Origin: an uncultured delta proteobacterium
Lineage (GTDB): Bacteria; Desulfobacterota; Binatia; JACPRU01
Reading direction: 5' to 3'
DNA length: 64,000 nt
Assembly (NCBI GenBank): GCA_963745025.1
Contig: CAVUWD010000010.1
Span: 93,794-157,793 of the forward strand
Part shown: in pieces, positions 37,305 to 46,681 of the stretch
How the letters are laid out: every line of letters begins with the position of its first letter
Numbering within the stretch: the first letter of the stretch is position 1
Notes under the pieces: generated by a model
What the model saw: the letters and a program-made list of their open reading frames with translations, nothing else
The model's database searches: none
Told to the model about the DNA's origin: nothing
Made by a program: the position numbers and the translations under genes

Positions 37305-38603
37305 TCACGCGGGGCGCGCCTCCCCGAGCGCTTGCAGCGACGCCTGGAGCGCGGCGGCCGCCTGCTCGAGGTGGCTCGTCTCGTGCGCCGTCGAAACGAA
37401 GGCGACCTCGTAGTAGGAGGGCGCGAGCCAGATCCCGCGTTGCAGAAGCAGCGGATGGATCTCCGCGTAGCGCTCCGCGCCGCGCGGGTCGATGCGGTGG
37501 TAGGCGCGGGGCGCGGGAGCCGGCTCGAGCCAGAGCCCGAGCACGGAGCCGACGCGCGAGACGCATCCCGGCACCCCGGCGCGCTCGAACGCGAGCCGGA
37601 TGCCCTGCTCGAAGCGCTCGCCCAGATCCTCGAGCCGCGCGTACGCGCCGGGCCGGTCGAGCTCGCGCAGCGTAGCCAGACCCGCCGCCATCGCCAACGG
37701 ATTGCCGGAGAGCGTGCCGGCCTGGTAGACGGGCCCGAGCGGAGCAACGTGCCGCATGAGGTCTTCGCGCGCTAGATAGGCGCCGACGGGCATGCCGCCG
37801 CCGAGGATCTTGCCGAGCGTCACGACGTCCGGCCGGATGCCGGAGATCTCGCTCATCCCGCCCGGCGCGACGCGGAAGCCGCTGATCACCTCGTCGAAGA
37901 TCAGCAGAGCGCCGTGTTGGTGCGTCAGCTCGCGCAACGTCTGCAGGAACTCGCGACGCTGCACCAGGAGACCGGCGTTCGCGGGCAGCGGCTCGATCAC
38001 CACGGCGGCGATCTCGGCTCCCTTGCGCGCGAAGAGCTCGCGAGCGGCCGCTTCGTCGTCGAGCGGCAGCACCTCCGTCAGCGCCGTGACCTCGGGCGGC
38101 ACTCCTGCGGACGAGGGCGTGCCGAAGGTCGCGAGCCCGGAGCCCCCCTTCACGAGCAGCCCGTCGGAGTGTCCGTGGTAGCAACCCTCGAACTTGACGA
38201 GGCGCGAGCGTCCCGTTGCGCCGCGCGCGAGACGCACCGCGCTCATCACGGCCTCGGTGCCGGTCGAGACGAAACGCAACTGGTCGCAGAAGGGGAAGCG
38301 CGCGAGCGCGGCCTCCGCGAGCTCGATTTCCGCGGCACAGGTGGCTCCGAAGGAGAGGCCGTCGCGCGCGGCGCGCGTCACCGCCTCGACCACGGCGGGA
38401 TGCGCATGGCCGAGGATCAACGGGCCCCACGAGCCCACGAAGTCGACGTAGGTGCGACCCTCGGTGTCGGTGACGAGCGCACCGGAGCCCCGAGCGACGA
38501 ACCGCGGGTCGCCGCGGACGGCGCGAAACGCCCGCACCGGGCTCGACACGCCGCCCGGCATTACCTTGCGCGCTCGCGCGAACAGATCCCCGGTGTTCTT
38601 CAT
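37305..38603 (-). CDS. hemL: glutamate-1-semialdehyde 2,1-aminomutase
   Basis: The N-terminus is MKNTGDLFARARKVMPGGVSSPVRAF. The PLP-lysine context is TLGKILGGGMPVGAY. GGAGGAGG lies 5 nt before the ATG at 38603. Confidence 0.93.
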   Translation of the reverse strand: MKNTGDLFARARKVMPGGVSSPVRAFRAVRGDPRFVARGSGALVTDTEGRTYVDFVGSWGPLILGHAHPAVVEAVTRAARDGLSFGATCAAEIELAEAALARFPFCDQLRFVSTGTEAVMSAVRLARGATGRSRLVKFEGCYHGHSDGLLVKGGSGLATFGTPSSAGVPPEVTALTEVLPLDDEAAARELFARKGAEIAAVVIEPLPANAGLLVQRREFLQTLRELTHQHGALLIFDEVISGFRVAPGGMSEISGIRPDVVTLGKILGGGMPVGAYLAREDLMRHVAPLGPVYQAGTLSGNPLAMAAGLATLRELDRPGAYARLEDLGERFEQGIRLAFERAGVPGCVSRVGSVLGLWLEPAPAPRAYHRIDPRGAERYAEIHPLLLQRGIWLAPSYYEVAFVSTAHETSHLEQAAAALQASLQALGEARPA

Positions 38604-38816
38604 CCAGACCTCCTCCAGCGCTTCGCGTGCGCGGCGGGTGTCCACGAGGTCGGCCCCGGCCTGTTAAACGAACCGCTCGTCGAGCCAGCCCTCCGACGCG
38701 CCCGCCCGCATCATGCCGGTACCTCGCCGGAGACTTGGAAGCAAACCCGTTGCCGGAGCCGTCCCTCGCACGACGGACTTGACGCTGCGCGGCCGCCCCG
38801 GCAAAGCCTCAATGCG

Positions 38817-39950
38817 ATGAGCCAGAACCCCGATTCTCGCCGCTTCTGTCCGTCCTGCCGCGCCCCCGCGGTCTCCCGAGCGAGCTTCTGCGCCGCTTGT
38901 GGCGCGGGACTTCCCGGCGGGTCGACGCCGTGGCTGCGCCCGACCCTGCCCGCCTACGCCGTGCTCGCGGCCTTTTTCGCCGTCGGCCTCGGACTCTGGA
39001 TCTCGCTGCTGGCTCCGGGCGGCTCGCCGCAGAGTCCGCCGCTCGCCGAGCAGGACCCCGGCGATAAGCCCTCGGCCGGCCGCGAGCTTCCGTCCGATCA
39101 TCCTCCTATCCCGCTGCCGGGCGACGTCGCGAAGCTCCTCGGCGATCTCGAGCGCCAGGCGGAGGCGGCGCCAAAGGACGTTGCCACCTGGAAGCGACTC
39201 GCCGAGCACGAGTACCGCGCGGGGCGGGTCGACAAGCAGTACCTGGCGAAGGCCGAGAAGGCGTTCCGCCACATCCTCGAGCTCTCCCCGGATGACCGCG
39301 ATGCCATTCGCGGGCTCGGCAACCTCGACTTCGACCGCGACGATTATGCATCGGCCATCACTCACTACTCCCGCTATCTCGAGCTCGACCCGAAGGACTC
39401 CGGCGCGCGCACCGATCTCGGCACCATGTACCTTTATGCCGGCGATGTCGCGAAGGCGATCGCCGAGTATCAAAGGGTGATTGCCGCCGAGCCCGCCTAC
39501 TTCGAGGCGCACTTCAATCTCGGCCTCGCCTATCGCCGCAGCGGCGACGAAGACAAAGCGAAGGAGAGCTTGGAGCGCGCCCGTTCGTTCGCTCCGGATG
39601 AGCGCTCGAAGCAGCAGGTCGCGGCGGCGCTCGCCGGGCCCGGCGGCGCGCCTCCTGCGGGTGGAGCGAAGCTCTCCTTCCAGCAGATGATCGAGCGGGG
39701 CCTGCGGGGGCATCCGATCGTTGGGCCCAAGATCGTCGGCTTCGAATGGCCGGGGCCGACTTCCGGGCAGGTGAAGCTCGACGGCTTCCCGCTGGAGGAG
39801 ATGCCGGCGCCGGTCCGCGAGCGGTTCCTCGGTCGGCTGGAGAAGGATCTCGCCGATGCGCGCGCCAAGAGCGGCGAATCGGGCGAGGCGCAGCTCGCGC
39901 TCGTCGACCGGGCGAGCGGCCGCGTCATGGCCACCGTCGTCGTTCGTTGA
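38817..39950 (+). CDS. membrane-anchored zinc-ribbon / TPR-repeat protein
   Basis: The N-terminal CPSC...CAAC forms a zinc ribbon, followed by one TM helix (AYAVLAAFFAVGLGLWISLL) and about four TPR repeats (DAIRGLGNLDFDRDDYASAITHYSRYLELDPKD...). The stop overlaps the TTG start of the next gene (TTGA). Confidence 0.75.
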   Translation: MSQNPDSRRFCPSCRAPAVSRASFCAACGAGLPGGSTPWLRPTLPAYAVLAAFFAVGLGLWISLLAPGGSPQSPPLAEQDPGDKPSAGRELPSDHPPIPLPGDVAKLLGDLERQAEAAPKDVATWKRLAEHEYRAGRVDKQYLAKAEKAFRHILELSPDDRDAIRGLGNLDFDRDDYASAITHYSRYLELDPKDSGARTDLGTMYLYAGDVAKAIAEYQRVIAAEPAYFEAHFNLGLAYRRSGDEDKAKESLERARSFAPDERSKQQVAAALAGPGGAPPAGGAKLSFQQMIERGLRGHPIVGPKIVGFEWPGPTSGQVKLDGFPLEEMPAPVRERFLGRLEKDLADARAKSGESGEAQLALVDRASGRVMATVVVR

Positions 39951-42199
39951 ACGTTTTCACGATCCGGAATTCCGACCGCGCGGTGCTGCTGTCGGGCGGC
40001 GTCGCGACGGCGCTCGTGCTCGGCGGCATCGTCGGGATCGGCCTGTTCATCCGCTGTTCGTTCTTCCGCAACTTCGTCAATCCCGAGGGTGGGTTCTTCT
40101 TTTACAGCGTCGACGCCCACGATCACCTGCGGCGCGTCATGCTGGGGATTCAGGCGTTCCCGGCCGTGCCCGTGCGTGATTCGTACATGGGCTATCCCGT
40201 TGGCACGGGCCAGATCTGGTCGCCGCTCTTCGATTACATACTCGCCGCCATCGCGGTTGTCGCGTGCCGCTCGCGGGCGGCGGTCGAAACATTGTGCTTC
40301 TTCGCCAATCCCGCCTACGCCGGCCTGACGCTGTTGCTGCTCTTCGTCGTCGCGCGCAGGTTGTTGAGCCACACGCCCGCCGCGCTGGCCGCCGCCTTTC
40401 TTCTCGCGCTCTCGCCTGGGCACATCTCTTACACTCACCCGATGAACTTCGACCACCATGTTTTCGAGCCCATAGCCATTCTCGTCCTCACGGCCCTCGT
40501 CTTCCTGGAGCGGGACGATCGGTTGAGCATCGCCGGCACGTGCGGGGTTGCCGTCGCGCTGGTGATCACCATTTTCATGTGGCGAGGCAGCACCATCTAC
40601 TGGGGGCTCACCTTCCTGCGCGTGCTGATCTGGTCGCTGGCGGCGCGTCGACCGCGGCTCGCCCGCGAGTATGCCCGTGGCTTTGCGGCGGCGGCCGTGG
40701 CGCTCGCTGTCTTCGTCTGGATGGATCCGTGGGGCAACGCGCGCAACGTCTCTTTCGGGATCGTTTCCGGTTTTCACGTCATCCTGCTCGGCTTGGCGGC
40801 GCTATGCCTCGGCGTCGTAGGCCGTGCGGCCGACCGCCGGCAGAGCGCCATCGCGCTGGCCGCGGTTGCCCTGGGGGTCCTGCTTTCACTGACACTGTCG
40901 CCGGTCCGCGAGGTCCTCCACAGCCTCTCGGCCGGTCTGGCCTTCTTCGGCCGCAGCGGAGACCCATGGTTGGCTTCCAACAGTGAATTGAAAGGCACCT
41001 TTTATCACGGAGGCTTTTTCGCCGGCGCCACGTACCTGACCTTGTACTGGTTCCTCGCCCCGGGCGCGGTTGCGCACGCCTTCGGGCGCTGGCTGCGCGC
41101 GGAGGGAAGCGACAGGCAGCTCTTTGCCTTCTGCTTCATCGGTCCCTTGTTCGCCATGGGGTTGGTGCTGCGCTACGTGCACATCGCCGGTCTGGCGACG
41201 GCCTTTGCCGGCGGGTACCTGTTCGCACTGGCTTGGGAGAAATGGCGCCAGCCCATGGCCAGAGCCGGAGCCGTCGCATCGCTGCTCCTGCTGCTGCTGC
41301 CCTCTCTGCCTCATTACCAGGACACCCTGCAAAGCCGACTACCCGATCCCATGCGAATGGGGCTCTTTGGTTCCAAAGGCGTGCTGACCTGGCTGCGGGA
41401 CAACACGCCCAAGACCGCGCACTATCTGGATCCGATCGCGGTGCCGGAATACGGCGTCATGGCGGAGTGGGACCTGGGGGCCATGATCTATCAGGTGGCC
41501 GAGCGACCGGCCGTCTCTACGGCTTTCGGATGGGAGACGCACGGATTCTACGAAGAGAACACCTTCATGGCGACGACCGAGGCGGAGGTCGCCGAGCAAA
41601 TTCTGAACGACAATCGGGTGCGGTACGTGCTGCTGCGGGCGTATCAGGCGCGGGCGATGCACTTCGCCATCGCCGAATACGGCGTCAAGGAAGGGAAGAT
41701 CCCACGCGCGCTGGTCGGCACGTATCAGCCCGACAAATCAATATACACTCGGCTCATGTACAATGACGGCGCGGCCTATCGCTCGGGCGCAGAGATCGTG
41801 CCCGGTCTCGAGCAGTACCGCCTGCTCTACGAATCCGACTACCTCGCCAGCGACGACCCGGGCCACGGGCTCAGCTACTACAAGGTGTTCGAGTTCGTTC
41901 GAGGCGCGCGCGTCCTAGGAACGGCCACGCCAGGAAGCGACGTCGCCCTCGAACTGCCTCTCCTGACCTCCCGGCGTCGACTCCTTCGATACACCAACTG
42001 GACGAAGGCGACGCAAGACGGCCGCTTCATGCTCACCCTGCCGTACGCGACCAACGTGGCGCAGGGCGACACCGCGGCACAGGGTGCGTACGCGATCGTC
42101 GACGACAACGGGCGCAGAGCCAGCCTGGAAGTGACGGAAGCGGATGTCGTCTCCGGCAACTCGCTCAGCGTGATACTGGCCGAGCCCGAGGGGAGATGA
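39947..42199 (+). CDS. STT3/AglB/PglB-like oligosaccharyltransferase homologue (GT-C fold)
   Basis: About 13 TM helices followed by a soluble C-domain. The first-loop acidic motif is SVDAHDHLRRV (compare DxDxxxHxR). An EL5-like SNSE matches SVSE/TIxE. VMAEWDLGAMI stands in place of WWDYG. The TTG start at 39947 was chosen because the ATG at 39746 would overlap 200 nt of the TPR gene. Confidence 0.7.
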   Translation: MNVFTIRNSDRAVLLSGGVATALVLGGIVGIGLFIRCSFFRNFVNPEGGFFFYSVDAHDHLRRVMLGIQAFPAVPVRDSYMGYPVGTGQIWSPLFDYILAAIAVVACRSRAAVETLCFFANPAYAGLTLLLLFVVARRLLSHTPAALAAAFLLALSPGHISYTHPMNFDHHVFEPIAILVLTALVFLERDDRLSIAGTCGVAVALVITIFMWRGSTIYWGLTFLRVLIWSLAARRPRLAREYARGFAAAAVALAVFVWMDPWGNARNVSFGIVSGFHVILLGLAALCLGVVGRAADRRQSAIALAAVALGVLLSLTLSPVREVLHSLSAGLAFFGRSGDPWLASNSELKGTFYHGGFFAGATYLTLYWFLAPGAVAHAFGRWLRAEGSDRQLFAFCFIGPLFAMGLVLRYVHIAGLATAFAGGYLFALAWEKWRQPMARAGAVASLLLLLLPSLPHYQDTLQSRLPDPMRMGLFGSKGVLTWLRDNTPKTAHYLDPIAVPEYGVMAEWDLGAMIYQVAERPAVSTAFGWETHGFYEENTFMATTEAEVAEQILNDNRVRYVLLRAYQARAMHFAIAEYGVKEGKIPRALVGTYQPDKSIYTRLMYNDGAAYRSGAEIVPGLEQYRLLYESDYLASDDPGHGLSYYKVFEFVRGARVLGTATPGSDVALELPLLTSRRRLLRYTNWTKATQDGRFMLTLPYATNVAQGDTAAQGAYAIVDDNGRRASLEVTEADVVSGNSLSVILAEPEGR

Positions 42200-42312
42200 C
42201 GGGAGGGTGATTCGACGTCCGATTGGGCTCCTGCGATGAGGCGTGATGCGCTGCCCGCGTTGACGCAGGATTTGCGGTTGCAGGCACTCGTGAAAGCAGG
42301 ATACTCGAAGTC

Positions 42313-43710
42313 GTGGCAGCCCCGCACCGCTTCACCAAGCCGCTGGCCGCCGGATTCTTTTGTTGCGCCGTGATTCTACGGGCGTTGCTGTGTTGGGCGA
42401 ACCCTCCGGCGAACTCCTTTGACGATCATTTCGCGCCGATCTTCATGACAATGAAGTCCGGCGTCATTCCCCCGAAAGACGCCTGCTATCAGTGTTACCA
42501 TCCGCCCGTCTTCTACGGCATCTCCGCGCTGATTGGTAACGTGGCTGTTCGTGCGGGCGCCACGCTACCGCAGTTGATGAAACTCCTGCAATCCGTCTCC
42601 TGTGTTTATGGGATATTGACCGTCGGTGTTTGCTACCTGATTGTCAGGAAATTTCCGCTCTCCGACTTCTCGATGTTGATATCGTTTGGGACCGTCTGCT
42701 TCCTGCCTCGTCATATCTACATGTCGGCAATGCACTCGAATGACACCATATCATATTTGTTCGTGGCGCTTGCGATATACATTGCCGTCGTTGTGATTGA
42801 GCGGGGATTTCCCCCGCTGGATGCCGGCGTCTTGAGCGTGATCCTCACGATCGCGGAATTTACCAAGTACACCGCTTTGGTGGTTCTCCCGGTGGCAGTG
42901 ACGGCCTTGTTTTCGGCTGTTCGCCACCGGCTGATCGTTTCGCGAAAAAGGGCTGTCTGCTTGGCCCTCGGCATGCTGGCGCTGCCCCTGACGACTTTAG
43001 CGGGTTACATGCTGTCGAATGTGCGGCACTACGACAGCCCGCTGCCCTCGAACGTCGCGATCTATGATTCGACCGCCCACAGGCCCCGTGATGCGGGGGG
43101 AATCAGTTTCTTTACGTTCAAGCCATGGGAAGACATGCGGACCCCGATGCTGGCGCCGGGGAAGCTGCATTCCTTCTGGACGCTGATTTACAGCGGGATG
43201 TGGTTCGACACCGAGCCGTATTTTCTGCGCTTCCTCGATGCAGACACCGGCTGGTGGAAGCATTATTACCGTTGGTACCGGGGAGAGGAGGGCTATCCAG
43301 GTGAAAATCCTTCCTTGTCTCATTTCACGAGCCTGGCGGGTTTCGGGCTGATCGGGATGGGGCTGGTTCCCTTGGTGTTGATTCTGCTCGGCTTCGTTTG
43401 TTGTGTCACCGGGAGATGGAGCGGGGTGAAGCAAGCCACCGTTTCGCAACGGATCAGCATGAGCATGTTCCCCGTGCTGGCGGTATTCAATGCGGCGGGA
43501 GTCATTGCGCTGACCATGAAATTGCCGGTCTACAACTCGATGAAAGCGTCCTACTTTCTGAACTCGACGCCCGCGTTCATGGTGTTCCTCGGCCTGGGGG
43601 TGATGCGTTGTGAGCGGAATGCAACCGTGAAGCGGATCGTTGCGGTGACCTTTGGTGGGTTGTTCACGCTCGCGACCCTGCATATTCTCCACATCGTCCT
43701 TGCCATCTAG
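42313..43710 (+). CDS. second GT-C-fold membrane glycosyltransferase (ArnT/PMT-like), lower G+C
   Basis: The 465-aa polytopic protein starts at a GTG. The N-terminal loop FDDHFAPIF lies near TM1. Line 42601-42660 has 27/60 G+C. Confidence 0.55.
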   Translation: MAAPHRFTKPLAAGFFCCAVILRALLCWANPPANSFDDHFAPIFMTMKSGVIPPKDACYQCYHPPVFYGISALIGNVAVRAGATLPQLMKLLQSVSCVYGILTVGVCYLIVRKFPLSDFSMLISFGTVCFLPRHIYMSAMHSNDTISYLFVALAIYIAVVVIERGFPPLDAGVLSVILTIAEFTKYTALVVLPVAVTALFSAVRHRLIVSRKRAVCLALGMLALPLTTLAGYMLSNVRHYDSPLPSNVAIYDSTAHRPRDAGGISFFTFKPWEDMRTPMLAPGKLHSFWTLIYSGMWFDTEPYFLRFLDADTGWWKHYYRWYRGEEGYPGENPSLSHFTSLAGFGLIGMGLVPLVLILLGFVCCVTGRWSGVKQATVSQRISMSMFPVLAVFNAAGVIALTMKLPVYNSMKASYFLNSTPAFMVFLGLGVMRCERNATVKRIVAVTFGGLFTLATLHILHIVLAI

Positions 43711-43821
43711 CAGCAGGTGAAGGGAAATTGCGGATGTGGTGGGCGGACTTCGGCTACGGCTACGAGTACGCGATCATCGTCGGGGACGCCGCCGTCACTT
43801 GGAGTGCGGTGAGGTAGCGGC

Positions 43822-44166
43822 TCACTTGACCGGCTGCGGATGGCACCGGCCGCACGTGTTGATGCTCGACGCAAAGGCGCCCCGCCCGTTGTGGCATACG
43901 CCGCACGCCTTGCCCGCCTTGATCTCGTCCATCTTGATCGGCGGCACATCCTCGGCCTTCATCGGGAAGATCGCCGGGTGACAGACGTTGCAGGTGAAGC
44001 GCATGCGGTGCTGCCAGTGCGAGAACACGCTGATGGGGGCCATCTCGGAAGCTGCCGGTTCTTCCGCCCGCTTGAACGTGATGTCGCCCGGCGCCGCGGC
44101 CAGCGCGATCCAGGCGCTCGCCAGAACGGCGATCGCGACGGCGAGGTGAAGCCGGATCGGTCTCAT
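43822..44166 (-). CDS. secreted tri-haem cytochrome c7/c3-like protein
   Basis: Signal peptide plus the haem motifs CNVCH, CGVCH and CGRCH in 114 aa. The ATG overlaps the upstream stop (ATGA). Confidence 0.85.
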   Translation of the reverse strand: MRPIRLHLAVAIAVLASAWIALAAAPGDITFKRAEEPAASEMAPISVFSHWQHRMRFTCNVCHPAIFPMKAEDVPPIKMDEIKAGKACGVCHNGRGAFASSINTCGRCHPQPVK

Positions 44167-44828
44167 CCTTTTTTCGCCGGCTCCTTCGTGTGACAGGCCG
44201 CGCAGACCTTCAAGTCGAGTGCGATCTTTCCCTTGCCGTGGCAGACGCCGCAGTATTTGCCGTCGCCCAACTCGTCCATCGTCATCGTCGTCGCGCCCGC
44301 CGTCTTCGGGAAGATTGCGTCGTGGCAATTGTCGCACGCGAGCCAACGGTCGTGCGTCGCGTGATGGAAGATCACGCCCTCCTCGCCCTTCAGCGGGACC
44401 TCGGTGTCGCGGCTCTCACGGGACGGGGCGCCCGTCTCGAGTGAACGGAGGGGTGCGATCACGTGCTTGTCGACCGCGGCGATCCAGTCGACCGCGGTCT
44501 TCGGAGCCTTCGGCACCGTGAGCTTCGGGAGCGCGGCGAGCGCCTCCTCCCAGGTGTCGAGTTGCTCGATCTCTGGCCGCCCTTCCCGCGGAAACTCGCG
44601 GAGCGTCGGTCCGGCGATCTTCGGCCGCGCCGCGATTTCCGTGCCTGGCGGGGGCTTCTTCGCGGTCTCGGGATGGAGCCATAGCTCGTACGGCGGTACG
44701 CCGTCGAGGAGCGTGCTGAGCACCCGGTGACGGGTCTGCGAGGCGCAGGCGACGAGGAGAGACGCGGCGGCCGCGACGGCGACGGCTGCGGCTTTCCTTC
44801 GGCATGTTCTGGCGAGCAATCGCTTCAC
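44163..44828 (-). CDS. lipoprotein with C-terminal tri-haem cytochrome c7/c3-like domain
   Basis: The GTG start at 44826-44828 overlaps the upstream stop (GTGA). The lipobox is SLLVACAS. A Pro/Lys-rich linker leads to CDNCH, CGVCH and CAACH. Confidence 0.8.
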   Translation of the reverse strand: MKRLLARTCRRKAAAVAVAAAASLLVACASQTRHRVLSTLLDGVPPYELWLHPETAKKPPPGTEIAARPKIAGPTLREFPREGRPEIEQLDTWEEALAALPKLTVPKAPKTAVDWIAAVDKHVIAPLRSLETGAPSRESRDTEVPLKGEEGVIFHHATHDRWLACDNCHDAIFPKTAGATTMTMDELGDGKYCGVCHGKGKIALDLKVCAACHTKEPAKKG

Positions 44829-46681
44829 GGGTACGAGAGGTTTTCGTGATCCACGCCGTGGCACAGGAGGTTGCAGCTTCCCGAGAACGTCCCGGTGTCG
44901 TCGAACGTGGGGGGGCTCCCGGCGGACCTCCCGAGCACGATCCTCGAGTCGAAGTTGATGAGGTGCGTGTGCGATCCGGTCCGCCCCGGGCCGAGATCGC
45001 TGACACCGTGCGGATCGTGACACGCGGAGCAGGGAGCGCCGGCGGCGAGGTGCCCGCTGTGGCCTCCGCCGGAAGCGGTCGTCCGCGCCGTCTTCCTCTG
45101 GAAGCTCCTGTCGCCGAGGATGCTCGACCGGTTGTGGCAGCGATAGCAGAGAGCGTAGCTGTTGAAGCTCTCCGGAGTGTGGTCGGTAGTCACGTAGCGT
45201 TCCCTTAGGATGGGCGGGAACGCGGAGCCGTGAGGGCCCCGCGAGCCCTGCTCGTCGTCGGCGTGGCAGCTCGTGCAATAGATCATCGTGGAACTGCTCA
45301 TGCCGGGCTCGAACTGCGACGGAAGGCTCGGCACGTTCGGCTCCCGGCCGATGTCGACGACCGGATGATACGAGGGGTTGGTGGGGTCGAAGGCGAGGCG
45401 CGTGTTCGTCGTGGGGCGGGCGCGCGGAATGCGATCCATGTCCGGCGCGTTCTCGGCGTGGCACTTGAAACAGACTTCGTACTCGTACGCCGCCTGCTCT
45501 AGCGCCGTACCGTTGCGGTCGACTCCGCTCACCCCGAACAGCATCCCGGAGATATCCGGCGCCTTGGCCTCACGATTGGTGAGGAGATGGGGATCGTGGC
45601 AGTCCGTGCAGGTCACGTCGCGGATGACGCCGCTTTGCGCGCCGACCAAACGTGACGACGTGATCGCGCTGAAGCGATGGCTCTGGCGGTGTGCGGAAGG
45701 CTTTTCCACCTGGCGGCCGATGTCGACCATTCGCGGCCCGAGACGAGCAACCGGACGAGCCGCGGCCGCTCCCGCGACGGCGTGTGCCGGCGGCGGCCCG
45801 GAGCCGTGACATCCTCCGCTGATGCACGAGAACGGCTCGGGCGGCTCGTCGGTGAAGTTGAGCAACTGTTGCGCCGTGGGCGCGAAGTGGGGCGTGTGGC
45901 AGGTTTCGCATCCCCATTCGTTCAGCTGGGTGTAGGTCGGCCACGTCTTCGGGGGTATCGGCAGGACGCCGACGACGGACGCCGTCGAGGTCGCATGCAC
46001 CGACGAGCTCCATTGGTCGATCTGGTGGCAGGCGATGCAGAGCGCGGAGTAGCGGTTGTCCATTCGCAGAAACTTCCCGTACACGTCCTTGTGAGAATCG
46101 TGGCAGGTGATGCAGTGAACCTCGTCCTGCCCTCCGTAAACGAGCTCCACGGGAGGCGACGGAGCCAGCTCATTGCTGGGCAGCGCATTCTGGTACGGAA
46201 ACGACACCGGGTGATGTCCGGAGAGGTCGAGACCGAAGTTCGACAGGCTTGCCGTAGGCAGGAAGCCGCTGCCCGCCATGCCGATTCCTCCTGCCGGGTT
46301 CAGTACCGCGCCCATGGCGATGGTCCCGTCGTGACAGCTGAGGCAAAGCTTGGTCGGGCCCGAGGGCTGGGGAAGCGGACCCGCTCTGAGCGTGGGGCTC
46401 GCGTAGACCTGGTAGACCCTGGGCTCGAGCGCCCGGTTCCAGAGAGGCGAGCGGGGGGCGGCGTTGTGCGGCGTATGGCAGAAGACGCAGATCCGGGTCT
46501 CGGTGAGCGCACGGATCGGTCCCGGGCCGGACACCGAGAGGTTGTGCTTCGTCATCTGGATGTCGGCGGGCAGGGGCACGGGCACCTGTGCCCCTGCGGT
46601 GGACACGAGGCCGGCGAGGAGCAGCAGCAAGAGTCCGGGGGGCAGCGCTCCGCGCTCAGGACGTGCCACGGCGGTCTTCAT
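44825..46681 (-). CDS. multihaem c-type cytochrome, paired-CXXCH (Geobacter-type) family
   Basis: Signal peptide, then 10 canonical CXXCH motifs (CVFCH, CLSCH, CITCH, CIACH, CETCH, CTDCH, CFKCH, CTSCH, CYRCH, CSACH). CISGGCH (CX4CH) and CNLLCH (CX3CH) are also present. RICVFCHTPHN is the hallmark of the doubled-CXXCH domain. Confidence 0.9.
   Translation of the reverse strand: MKTAVARPERGALPPGLLLLLLAGLVSTAGAQVPVPLPADIQMTKHNLSVSGPGPIRALTETRICVFCHTPHNAAPRSPLWNRALEPRVYQVYASPTLRAGPLPQPSGPTKLCLSCHDGTIAMGAVLNPAGGIGMAGSGFLPTASLSNFGLDLSGHHPVSFPYQNALPSNELAPSPPVELVYGGQDEVHCITCHDSHKDVYGKFLRMDNRYSALCIACHQIDQWSSSVHATSTASVVGVLPIPPKTWPTYTQLNEWGCETCHTPHFAPTAQQLLNFTDEPPEPFSCISGGCHGSGPPPAHAVAGAAAARPVARLGPRMVDIGRQVEKPSAHRQSHRFSAITSSRLVGAQSGVIRDVTCTDCHDPHLLTNREAKAPDISGMLFGVSGVDRNGTALEQAAYEYEVCFKCHAENAPDMDRIPRARPTTNTRLAFDPTNPSYHPVVDIGREPNVPSLPSQFEPGMSSSTMIYCTSCHADDEQGSRGPHGSAFPPILRERYVTTDHTPESFNSYALCYRCHNRSSILGDRSFQRKTARTTASGGGHSGHLAAGAPCSACHDPHGVSDLGPGRTGSHTHLINFDSRIVLGRSAGSPPTFDDTGTFSGSCNLLCHGVDHENLSYP

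Noticed and set aside
38735-38760. Sigma-54-like TGGAAG...TTGC element between hemL and the TPR gene. Similar TGGCAC-containing strings lie at 19090 and 56262, and TTGGCGG...TTTGCT lies at 56575.
   Set aside because: The GG-to-GC spacing is wrong (15-18 nt instead of 12), or the -12 element is missing.
39746-39946. ATG at 39746 as the start of the oligosaccharyltransferase-like gene.
   Set aside because: It would overlap 200 nt of the well-supported TPR gene and add an Arg/Gly-rich peptide. The TTG at 39947, in a TTGA overlap with the TPR stop, is followed immediately by the first TM helix.
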